A DNA stretch of 32,000 nucleotides from Planctomycetales bacterium (lineage in GTDB: Bacteria; 4484-113; JAFGCY01), in NCBI GenBank assembly GCA_022646745.1, contig CP060262.1, forward strand, positions 3,900,001 through 3,932,000, in the 5' to 3' direction. Below, one piece after another: positions 16,283-25,200 of the stretch; the first letter of the stretch is position 1, and each line of letters opens with the position of its first letter. The position numbers and the translations under genes were made by a program. Under the pieces are notes generated by a model. That model made no database searches, was not told the DNA's origin, and saw nothing but the letters and a program-made list of their open reading frames with translations.

Positions 16283-17878
16283 ATGAAGCTTCGGACCACA
16301 GCCTGCCTGCTCTTTGCCCTGGCGCTGCTTGCCAGCGGCGGCCTGCCGGCCAGCGCCCAGTCCGAACAGATGATCCGCGTGGTGATCGACGACACTGCGG
16401 CCAGCGCCGGGATCAAGGGAGACATGGGCTGGAGCACCGTGAATGGCCCGGTCAGGTCCAGTGCCAATCCCGCTGAAGTGAAGGTCAATGCCGGCAAGCT
16501 GCGGCTGGTGCTCGATGGCGGCAGCTACGACTCGACCCGCTTCATTGCCATGCCGCAGTCCGGGTATGTGCAGTACGGAGGACGGGGCTACCGCGGCCAT
16601 ATTGAGCTGTTCGTCGGCAAGAATGGCAACGTGGTCGTGCTCAACGTGCTGCCGCTGGAGGAGTACCTCTACGGGGTCGTGCCATCGGAGATGTCCCCGA
16701 GCTGGCCGTTTGAAGCCTTGAAGAGCCAGGCCGTCGCCGCACGAACCTATGCCCTGAGCCGGATCATGGCCAACATGGAACGGACCTACGACGTGTACGG
16801 CAATGTCAGCGACCAGGCCTACAAGGGCGTCAGTGGCGAGCATGACACCAGCACGCGCGCCGTGCAGGAGACCACAGGCCAGGTGATTGACTACCACGGC
16901 CAGGTGATCACGGCCTTCTACTGCGCCTGCGCCGGCGGCATGACCAAGCAGGGCACCGAGCCCTACCTGCGCAGTGTGCCGACTGACCACCCGGACTCCC
17001 CGCACCATGGCTGGGAAGTGACGATCAGCCTTGAGGACCTGAGCCGGATGGTGAAGGACAGCGGGGCCGACATCGGCCCGATCAAGGACGTGACGGCTGA
17101 GTATGATGCCAACAGCGGGCACCTGCTGTCCCTGATCGTGCATGGGGCAAATGACAGTAAGCAGCTGTTCGGAACCACCCTGCGCAAGCTGGTGGGACGC
17201 AGCCGGATGAAGAGCACGCGTTGCCGGATCTACCCCGCCGGCGGCACTCCGCAGCCTGTGATCGCGAGTGCTCCACAAGGCCAGGTACACCATGCACCGG
17301 AGAGCAGCGTCGTCAATGTAGCTACTGAAGTCAGCGTCAGCGGTGCCTCCTATACTGACAGTGACGGCAACTACGCCACACAGGAGAGCTTCGGCTGGCT
17401 CAAGCCCTGGGTGGCAAGCGCGGACATGCAGGTCATGGTGAAGATGCGCAACATGTTCGCCTACGACGGCAGCTCGCTGATGCAGTGCAACCGCGACATG
17501 CACATGCTCAGCGCGCAGGATGGTGGAGCCGTTGCCACGATGGCTTCAGCCGGTGGAGCCCCGGCAGCCACAGTGCCCGCTGAACCTTTGCCCGCAGTCG
17601 AGGTTGTCAATGCGCGCATGAGCCGTAGTGAACTGTCTGGCGGGCTGGTGATCAGGGGTGACGGCTATGGTCATGGTCTGGGGATGAGCCAGTGGGGTGC
17701 ACGCAAGCTGGCAGAGGACGGGCTGGACTACCAGGCGATCCTGAAGTACTTCTACACCGGAGTTGACATAGTCAGCCTGCAGGCGACGCCCCTGATGCCA
17801 GGTGAACAGCCGGACATCGATGAGGTGGAGGACCAGGGTGGCTTCTACGATGCCTTCACAGCGGTAGAGCTTGACTGA
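16283..17878 (+). CDS. SpoIID/LytB-domain protein (lytic transglycosylase / amidase-enhancer family), secreted
   Basis: 531 aa. Signal peptide MKLRTTACLLFALALLASGGLPASA. LEEYLYGVVPSEMSPSWPFEALKSQAVAARTYAL and GDGYGHGLGMSQWGARKLAEDGLDYQAILKYFYTG are the two hallmark SpoIID blocks. Confidence 0.85.
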   Translation: MKLRTTACLLFALALLASGGLPASAQSEQMIRVVIDDTAASAGIKGDMGWSTVNGPVRSSANPAEVKVNAGKLRLVLDGGSYDSTRFIAMPQSGYVQYGGRGYRGHIELFVGKNGNVVVLNVLPLEEYLYGVVPSEMSPSWPFEALKSQAVAARTYALSRIMANMERTYDVYGNVSDQAYKGVSGEHDTSTRAVQETTGQVIDYHGQVITAFYCACAGGMTKQGTEPYLRSVPTDHPDSPHHGWEVTISLEDLSRMVKDSGADIGPIKDVTAEYDANSGHLLSLIVHGANDSKQLFGTTLRKLVGRSRMKSTRCRIYPAGGTPQPVIASAPQGQVHHAPESSVVNVATEVSVSGASYTDSDGNYATQESFGWLKPWVASADMQVMVKMRNMFAYDGSSLMQCNRDMHMLSAQDGGAVATMASAGGAPAATVPAEPLPAVEVVNARMSRSELSGGLVIRGDGYGHGLGMSQWGARKLAEDGLDYQAILKYFYTGVDIVSLQATPLMPGEQPDIDEVEDQGGFYDAFTAVELD

Positions 17879-17880
17879 AC

Positions 17881-17897
17881 TCAGGCGCTGCGCCTGA
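17881..17897. other. Perfect palindrome at the junction of convergent genes
   Basis: TCAGGCGC-T-GCGCCTGA starts 2 nt after the SpoIID-domain gene stop and overlaps the last codons of the minus-strand gene. Possible terminator stem, but there is no T-tract. Confidence 0.3.
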
Positions 17898-18579
17898 AGG
17901 CCATCGCTTCCACCAGTTCGATCTCGCTGCGGCTGACATTCAGGTTGCGGCAGATGTCGGCGAAGTCTGCGTTGCGGATCATCATCTGAGCGATCTGTTC
18001 ATACTTCTCATTGCTCAGCAGGAACTGGGAGGCGGCGGGAGAGATGCTGCGCCCGGCTGCCACTGCAGCCAGGTCCTCCTGGTCAGCAGTAAACTGGGGA
18101 TCGATCCGCCTGAGGTGGTCCTCAAGCAGTTCCACCCGTTGCACCAGCCGGCGCTTGGTGTCCTGCTCGGCGGCAAGGCTGATGTCAAGCTCCTGCAGCT
18201 GCTCACGTGTCTCAAGCAGGGCATCCCTCACCACAGTGGTATCCCCATTGCCACCGTAGCGCTCAAGCTCAGACAGCCTGGCTGACAATGTTGCCAGCTG
18301 GGACTGCATCAGGCTGCTGGTGCGCTCAAGGGCCACACGGCCCTGGCTCTGGAATTCACGCAACTCACCGGCCAGCCGTTCAGCAAGTTCCGGATCCGGC
18401 CGGGCAGCCTGCTGCATTGCCTGCTCCAGGCGCCGTAGGCGATGCTCGAAATGCTCGCGCTGCTCGTCCTCGCGGTTGAGGCGGGTATGGTCCAGTCGCT
18501 GGAATGAGCGCTGGTTGAGGAGCATGTACAGGATGATCCCGGACATGATCGCCAGAAGAACTATTATCAAACCTTCCAC
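17881..18579 (-). CDS. Membrane-anchored coiled-coil protein with a C-terminal helix-turn-helix-like tail (hypothetical)
   Basis: 232 aa. N-terminal TM helix GLIIVLLAIMSGIILYMLL. Long Glu/Arg/Leu/Gln-rich heptad-like region. C-terminus YEQIAQMMIRNADFADICRNLNVSRSEIELVEAM. Same strand as nth and 39 nt downstream of it. Confidence 0.6.
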   Translation of the reverse strand: MEGLIIVLLAIMSGIILYMLLNQRSFQRLDHTRLNREDEQREHFEHRLRRLEQAMQQAARPDPELAERLAGELREFQSQGRVALERTSSLMQSQLATLSARLSELERYGGNGDTTVVRDALLETREQLQELDISLAAEQDTKRRLVQRVELLEDHLRRIDPQFTADQEDLAAVAAGRSISPAASQFLLSNEKYEQIAQMMIRNADFADICRNLNVSRSEIELVEAMAFRRSA

Positions 18580-18618
18580 TTGTCAGGAATATACCGACCG
18601 AAGGTCAGATTGTCATCA

Positions 18619-19281
18619 TCATCTGGATGTTTTCACGCCGATTTTAGGACATTGAGCACTGATTAAACAGCGGCTGCACCAGGGGCTGACCGGGTTGCAG
18701 ACCTGCTGGCCGTGGTTGACAAGCACACGGTTCAGGGTGGCCCAGTGCTTCTCGTCGATGATATCCATCAGGGCGAACTCGCTCTGCTCCGGGGTCTCAG
18801 TCTCGATCCAGCCGAGCCGGTTGCAGATCCGGTGCACGTGCGTGTCAACGCAGATCGCCGGGATGTCAAAGCAGATGTTCAGCACGAGGTTGGCAACCTT
18901 GCGGCCGACTCCGGGCAGCATGAGCAGCTCATCACGGGTGCGCGGAATCTCCCCGCCGAAGTCATTGATCAGCATCTCGCACATGGAATGCAGGTTTTTC
19001 GCCTTCGCATTGTAGAAGCCGACCGGCTTGAGCAGCAGGGCCAGCTGGGTCTCCGGGATTGCCAGGATTCCCTCCGGAGTCCTGGCAACGGCCCACAGCC
19101 TGGCAATCGCATCATTGGTGACCGGGTCCTTTGTGCGCGCGGACAGGATCGTGCCGACGAGCACCCGGAATGGGTCATCAGGTGTCACATCCAGTGGATG
19201 GGTGGTGTAGAGCTTCGACAGCTTGTTGAAGAATGCGGTCGCAGCCTGTTTGCTGGGAGCTTTGGGGTAGTCGCCTGACAC
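18619..19281 (-). CDS. nth: Endonuclease III (DNA-(apurinic/apyrimidinic site) lyase / glycosylase)
   Basis: 220 aa. HhH-GPD motif LLMLPGVGRKVANLVL, then VDTHVHRICNRLGW. The C-terminal 4Fe-4S loop CNPVSPWCSRCLISAQC has the spacing C-x6-C-x2-C-x5-C. GTG start at 19281. Confidence 0.9.
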   Translation of the reverse strand: MSGDYPKAPSKQAATAFFNKLSKLYTTHPLDVTPDDPFRVLVGTILSARTKDPVTNDAIARLWAVARTPEGILAIPETQLALLLKPVGFYNAKAKNLHSMCEMLINDFGGEIPRTRDELLMLPGVGRKVANLVLNICFDIPAICVDTHVHRICNRLGWIETETPEQSEFALMDIIDEKHWATLNRVLVNHGQQVCNPVSPWCSRCLISAQCPKIGVKTSR

Positions 19282-19469
19282 CGGGAAATGCTATCAGATG
19301 CCCCTGTTCATCTGTTTTTAACTTCATTTGTTAAATAGATGTCAAAACCGGGTTAACAGTCCAAATCAGCAAAGTTTCACGCCTATACTGCGCAACGAAC
19401 TGCCTCAGGCAGGGCTCGATAGACCACACAGGTTCAATTGACTGAATTCGAAAGTGACCAAGACTGTAG

Positions 19470-21122
19470 ATGTTCAAACAAGCTGAACAGGATGGCCGGT
19501 TCTCCGAGGCAACCAAGGCATCACCGAATGTGCTGCCAGTCGACGCACGCATGTGTCCGGTTCCTGACAGCGCTGAACTGCTTTCGCAGACCGCCTCAAG
19601 TTTGGATGAAGGCCTGTGCATCATTGACAGTGATGGACGGCTGATCTTTGCAAATGAATCACTGCGCAAAATGGTCCATGAACAGCACTCGATCGAAGGT
19701 CGCTTGCTTCCCGATGTGATTCCGCACCATGAGCGCTTCAAGCTGCAGGTCCATATGAAGCGGATCTGCCGTGGTGAACGTCAGAGCCTTGAACTGACCC
19801 TGTCTGACATCAGCGGCCAGACACGCAATGTGCTGGTCAGCACCGGTCCGTGCCAGGATGCCGGAAGTGTATACAACTTCGTGATGTTCACTGACATCAC
19901 TTCCATCAGGCGCGCTGAGCAGGAAAAGCTCTACCTGATGGAACAGGTCCTCGGTTCCCGCCACATGGACCGGATCGGGACCCTTGCCGGCGGCCTGAGC
20001 CACGAGATGAACAATATCCTGCAGGTAATCCGCGCCAACGCCGAGTATTGCCAGCTGCTGGCTTCCGAGCCTGGAATGCCGCGGGAAAAACTGCAGGACA
20101 TCATTGCCAGCACCCAGCGGGCCGAACGGATCCTCAAGCAGTTGCTGAGCTTCAGCAAGGACGAGCAGCCGGATGGCAGCGAGTTCAGGATGTCTGAGCT
20201 TGTGCGTCGCGTGATAGGTGTTGCTGCCCTGAGGAAATCAATTCCAGCCGGATGCAGCCTCGAGCTACTTACCCAGAATGACCTGTTGAAGGCTGACGAG
20301 CAGCAGATTGAACAAGTACTGGTACAGCTGATCCGCAATGCGATGCAGTACCTCCCTGAAGAGTCCGGGATACTGCGGATCAGGCTGGCTGACCCGACTG
20401 AGAGCATGCTCGACCGCCTGCCGGTGGCTGACTGCCGGCTTGAGAACTACCTGCTGATTGAGGTCCAGGACAATGGTGCCGGGATCCCCGGTGAGTACAT
20501 CGACCGTATTTTCGACCCCTTCTTCACTACGCGGTCCGTTGGCCAGGGATTCGGCCTTGGTCTGACCATGGTGATGGGCATCGTAAGCTCCCTGGGTGGT
20601 GCAATCTGGGCCAGCCCAGTCCATGGAGGTGGAACATGCATCAGGATCATGCTGCGCCGGGTGCCTGCCAAGAGCACGGTTGAGCCTGTCGCACATGCAC
20701 TCGCACCAGAGTTCCGGGTGATGCTCGTCGATGATGAGGAGATGATACTGCGCCTTGGACGCCGCATGCTTATGAAATCCGGCATGGATGTTTTTGCAAC
20801 AACTGACCCGCATGAAGCACTGCATGAGCTGCAGACCAATGCAGGTTCGTATGCACTGCTAGTCACGGACCAGAACATGCCTGAATTCAATGGAATGGAC
20901 CTGGCTGAGGCTGCGCGCTATGCCAATCCCGAGATCAAGGTAGTGCTGTGCACGGGCTACACGCCGGACCTGGATGAGGAAAGAATATCCGAACTGGAGA
21001 TTGACGCAGTGCTGGCCAAGCCTTTTGACATCCACGAGCTAAGCAGGCTGGCACAGAAGTTGCTTGAAGCCGGGGCTGTGAACAGTGGCAGCTGTCCCGA
21101 TTCCGTTTACCGATCAGCCTGA
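19470..21122 (+). CDS. Cytoplasmic hybrid sensor histidine kinase (PAS - HisKA - HATPase_c - receiver)
   Basis: 550 aa with no TM segments. PAS-like region LDEGLCIIDSDGRLIFANESL. H-box GGLSHEMNNILQVI, N-box LIRNAMQY, G1 VQDNGAGIP, G2 GQGFGLGL. Receiver VMLVDDEEMI...LLVTDQNMPEFNGMDL...KPF. The start codon is uncertain because no clear SD is present. Confidence 0.88.
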   Translation: MFKQAEQDGRFSEATKASPNVLPVDARMCPVPDSAELLSQTASSLDEGLCIIDSDGRLIFANESLRKMVHEQHSIEGRLLPDVIPHHERFKLQVHMKRICRGERQSLELTLSDISGQTRNVLVSTGPCQDAGSVYNFVMFTDITSIRRAEQEKLYLMEQVLGSRHMDRIGTLAGGLSHEMNNILQVIRANAEYCQLLASEPGMPREKLQDIIASTQRAERILKQLLSFSKDEQPDGSEFRMSELVRRVIGVAALRKSIPAGCSLELLTQNDLLKADEQQIEQVLVQLIRNAMQYLPEESGILRIRLADPTESMLDRLPVADCRLENYLLIEVQDNGAGIPGEYIDRIFDPFFTTRSVGQGFGLGLTMVMGIVSSLGGAIWASPVHGGGTCIRIMLRRVPAKSTVEPVAHALAPEFRVMLVDDEEMILRLGRRMLMKSGMDVFATTDPHEALHELQTNAGSYALLVTDQNMPEFNGMDLAEAARYANPEIKVVLCTGYTPDLDEERISELEIDAVLAKPFDIHELSRLAQKLLEAGAVNSGSCPDSVYRSA

Positions 21123-21458
21123 AATCGAATTGTCACGAACAAAATCCACCAGCCGCGCGAATTCCTCGCGGAGTTCGGTGAATTTACGTTCTGCGCCGTC
21201 CAGGCTGTCCTCCCGTCCCATATGCTCTAGGTCCGCTGACAGTGCAGCCATCCTTGATGCAAGCAATTCTGCGCTGCTGCCCTTCACTGCGTGGGAATCC
21301 TGCCTGAGCTTCTGTGCATCCCCTGCTGCAATGCTGTTGCCGATTTCAGTGATCAGCCCTTCGCATACATCTATGTAGTCCTGCACGATCTCCTGCCAGA
21401 TCTCGGCATCCCCAAGACGTGCTATTCCTCCGGCAACATCAAGCGGTGACTGCTCCAC
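21114..21458 (-). CDS. Hpt (histidine phosphotransfer) domain protein
   Basis: 114 aa. The HAVKGSSAELLA motif matches HxxKG of Hpt four-helix bundles. GTG start with GGAG 6 nt upstream. The 3' end overlaps the convergent kinase gene by 9 nt (21114-21122). Confidence 0.75.
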   Translation of the reverse strand: MEQSPLDVAGGIARLGDAEIWQEIVQDYIDVCEGLITEIGNSIAAGDAQKLRQDSHAVKGSSAELLASRMAALSADLEHMGREDSLDGAERKFTELREEFARLVDFVRDNSISG

Positions 21459-21659
21459 GGTTCACTCCAATTCGCTACAAGCAAGTAATACGCCTCAGGC
21501 GCATGATAGTGCGTAGAGCCTACAGTCAGGACTTTTCCGGCGGGTACATATATAATGTTAACTGGGTGAAATCCAGGTCTGCCAGGGTTCCCCCTACTCC
21601 AGGGCCACAATCCTTCCAACGGCAGCCTTCTGGTTTGGCACATTCAGCGAGGTACTTCT

Positions 21660-22292
21660 ATGCTCAGACGCCGACTGGCATACATCATTCCCAGCCTGAC
21701 GCTGGTCATGACCGCGATGCTGTTCATCGCATGCGGTGGTAACGGTGGACCGATCCAGCAGGAGCAACTGAATGCCGCTCCCCAGGTGGACCGCCAGCTT
21801 CCGCAGCAGGAACAGCTTGCCGATGGGGCCGGCCTGCCCTTCGCAAATGGCGATGCGGGTTCAAACCTTGTCACCCTGCGTACACCGTCACTTGCTGAAC
21901 TGGGTGCCGGTGATGAATTCACGGTCCGGCTGGACGTGGACCTCCGTGAGGAAGTACACCAGGGTGTACTGCGACTGATGTTTGACAGCCAGGACATGCA
22001 GCCCGTCGAGGTTGTGCCGGGGTCCATGCTGCCCTCCGGCATGGTCCGGATTGCCGACCTCGACAAGCCGGGATTCATTCCGCTGGCCTTCACGGCCCTG
22101 CCGGGTGGCACTGACGTGGCCGCCGGCAGCGGTGAGCTGTTCAGCATTCGCTTCCGCCTGCTGAAGGCCGGCAATGAAGCCGGACGGATTTCCTTCATCA
22201 GTGACAACGACTTCCTGCAGCTGCGAGACCGCGATGGCGAGCGCCTGCGCTTCAACCTCGGAACCGAGGCGGGAGGCAGTGATGTCAATTAA
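21660..22292 (+). CDS. Lipoprotein with a cohesin-like domain
   Basis: 210 aa. Signal peptide plus lipobox LFIAC-GG. The remainder follows the cohesin pattern (GDEFTVRLDVDL...GVLRLMFDSQDMQPVEVVPGSML...GSGELFSIRFRLLKAG..GRISF). GAGG SD lies 7 nt upstream. Overlaps the next gene by 11 nt. Confidence 0.6.
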   Translation: MLRRRLAYIIPSLTLVMTAMLFIACGGNGGPIQQEQLNAAPQVDRQLPQQEQLADGAGLPFANGDAGSNLVTLRTPSLAELGAGDEFTVRLDVDLREEVHQGVLRLMFDSQDMQPVEVVPGSMLPSGMVRIADLDKPGFIPLAFTALPGGTDVAAGSGELFSIRFRLLKAGNEAGRISFISDNDFLQLRDRDGERLRFNLGTEAGGSDVN

Positions 22293-25200
22293 GCACATCC
22301 TCCTTCTCAGCATCCTTGCCATCCTGCTTGGCAGCAATGCCGCGCTTGCCACCTACCCGCCCCCGGAAGGCATGCTTGAGCGCATGGCGCAGGAAGGCAC
22401 CCTGGCCGATGCCCAGGAGTTTGCCCGCCAGCTTGGCAACCATGAAATGAAGCGTCCAAAGCGCGGAGCGCTGGACATTGACCAGTACAGCCCGCAGCAG
22501 GTCGCGGACCTGATTTCCGCAAACCTCGGTCGCAGCCTCGATGAGCGCACCACGAGCGAAGTCGGTAAGATGACCAGCACTGAGCTGGCCTGGGTCGAAC
22601 TGGACCTGAACCACGACGGGATGGTTGATGAGCGTGACCTGCTGGTGCTCGGCCATCCGCAACCGAAACAGACAGCCACGATCCCAAGCCTCGGCTACAA
22701 CAAGATGCTGACGATCCTGATCGAGTTCCCGGACTACCCGCAGTATTTCGATCCGCAGTCAATCCATGACGTCTGCTACAGCCCGACCCCGCTGCCGAAC
22801 TACCACCTTGGCAGCATGCGCTGGTTCTACGACCAGGCCAGCTATGGTGCATGCACCCTCGATGGCGACACCTTCGGCTGGTATATGGCACAGAACCCCC
22901 GCACCTACTACCATCCCGATGACAACAGCGGCGGAGGCAAGCGCGAGGAGCTGATCCTCGAGGCCTGTGACGCGGCCGATGCTGCGGGACTCGACTTCAA
23001 TGACTACGATAACGATGGCGACGGTGTAGTGGACGAATTCATCGTGATCTGGACCGGCCCGCATGGCGACTGGGCAACCTTCTGGTGGGGCTACCACACC
23101 GGGATGGGCAACGGCAAGACCTACGACGGCGTGCGCCTCGGCAGCTATTCCTGGCAGTGGGAGCGCGGCTACTACTTCAACAACGAACCCCCGACTCCCG
23201 ACATCTGGAGTGCGGACGTAGTGATCCACGAGACTGGCCACGGCTTCGGCCTGCCGGACTACTACGACTATGACGGCAGTGTCGGACCGGACGGCGGTGT
23301 TGGCTCAATGGACCGCATGGATGGTTACCGCGGTGAACATGGCTGCTTCTCCAAGTACATCCTCGGCTGGCTGCAACCGACGATCGCATACACGAACCTC
23401 GATGACGAAGCATTGGATGTGGCGGATGCCAACCCGGACTGCGTGCTGTTCATGCCGGGCTATGACCCGGCCACGCCCTGGGACGAATATTTCATGGCCC
23501 AGAACCGCGGGCGCGGCGGGATCGACTACCAGATGCCAACGGACGGCGTGCTGATCTGGCATGCTGATGCCCGCCTGAATGCAGGTGGTGGCTTCCTGTT
23601 CAACAACAGCTATACCGACCACAAGCTGATCCGCCTGATGGAAGCTGACGGACTCGAGGAGATCGAGAACGGCCCGAACCACAGCGGTGATGCAGGCGAC
23701 TACTATGACCTCGGCGAAAGCCTCGCTCCCGGCACGACTCCCAGCAGTGACGGATACGATGCCCCGACCGGCATGGTGGTGGACGACATCTCGGCTGACG
23801 GCGCCACGATGACGGCGGACTTCACGCTTTACCCGACCGCCCCGCCGACGGTGACCCTCAGTGGAATCACACCGGGCAGCACGGTCAGTGGCAACGTTCC
23901 GCTGACGATCACGACGACCTCAGCTGCGGGTATAGCGGAGATCCAGCTCTGGGTGGATGGAGTACTGGTGGACGTGAAGACCGGTTCCGGCAGCTCCACT
24001 CCGCTGTGGAACACGCTGGTGGACTTCAACAAGACGATGGACGTGATGGCCCGGGCCTACGATGTGAATGGCCAGAGCGCCACTGACACCGTGAGCGTCA
24101 CTGTCAGCAACAGCGGCGTGGTGAGCTTTGCCGACTACTTCAACATCGGCTTCAAGCTGTGGCGCAGCATCAACTTCCCGGACGTGCGCCGCGGCACCTG
24201 GACACAGTGGGAGACCCGGGCCTGCCCGGCCAGCCCGCCGCCGATCTCCGGTGGCAACGAGGCCTACGTGGCCCCGATGCTGAATGACAATGAGTGGCAC
24301 AACGCGCTGGACAACCTGCGCAGCCAGCGTGTCAACGCGGTGGACTTCGAATACCTCGTGAGCATCAGCTTCGAGTACCGCGCCCGTGACGGATTCTCCC
24401 TGTGGTACACGACTGACGAGGGGCAGAACTGGACCCTGCTTGACAACCTCACGCAGACGAACGACTGGTCCACCTACAACCGGGTGGTGGACCTGCGCGG
24501 CAGCCAGTTCTACCTGGAGTTCCGCTACAGCGGCAACGTGCGCGGTGATAACCAGAGCGGCCGTGGGGCGAACATCGACAACATCAGCGTGCATGAGGCT
24601 CCGAGTGACCCGCCGACCGTGCAGATCACGAGCCACGTTGATGGCGACCACATCAGCAACAGTACACTGTTCACGGCGGACGCGAACGACGACTTCGGCA
24701 TCGATCACGTGGATTTCTACGTGAATGGCGGACTGGCCTTCACTGACAGCGAGGCGCCGTATGAATACGAACGCAATCTGGTCAACGATGACAACCGCCC
24801 GGACATCCCGGTCAGGGTGGTCGCCACCGACAGTGACGGCCTGACCAGTGTGCCGGACGAGGTCGCGATCAGCTGGGACACGGAGCGCCCGTTCCCACTG
24901 TTTGACGACTGTGAGATCAGCGATGACACAGGCCCGAACGCCTGGTCATTCCAGAATGGCGGAAGCTCAGTACCGAACTGGCAGTGGAGCACGGCGGACG
25001 CTTTCAGCGGCGTGCAGTCGATGGCCTGGACCGGCGACGGCAGCTTCTCCGGTGACAGTGAGGGCGTCTGGTTCTGGGGCAGCCGCGGGGTGAGCGAGGG
25101 CCGGATCTGCGTCGACCTTGCCAACCCGAAGGTCGTGGATCCGGTGCTGCGCTACAAGATGACAGGAAACTTCCCGGATGGCAGCGGCCGCGGCCTGTAC

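Noticed and set aside
15145-17503. 450-aa and 478-aa minus-strand ORFs overlapping hemW, the secreted hypothetical gene and the SpoIID-domain gene
   Set aside because: They are Ala/Arg/His/Gly/Pro-rich antisense translations. The plus-strand genes have signal peptides, coupled starts and family motifs.
21636-21652. Sigma-54-like TGGCAC...GC element just upstream of the cohesin-lipoprotein gene
   Set aside because: The GG and GC dinucleotides are separated by 8 nt rather than the canonical 10. The implied transcription start would fall on the start codon, leaving no room for the GAGG ribosome-binding site.
22174-22281. Longer 1168-aa version of the protease ORF
   Set aside because: The extension overlaps the upstream gene by 119 nt and lacks a signal peptide. 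The ATG at 22282 has a GGAGG SD and is followed immediately by a classic signal peptide.
21644-24708. Several 150-260-aa minus-strand ORFs (21644-22288, 21888-22352, 22307-22891, 22759-23241, 23920-24708) opposite the cohesin-lipoprotein and M6 protease genes
   Set aside because: They have low-complexity Ser/Arg/Pro/Ala/Val composition and no SD or motifs, and they are fully nested in genes with clear signatures.
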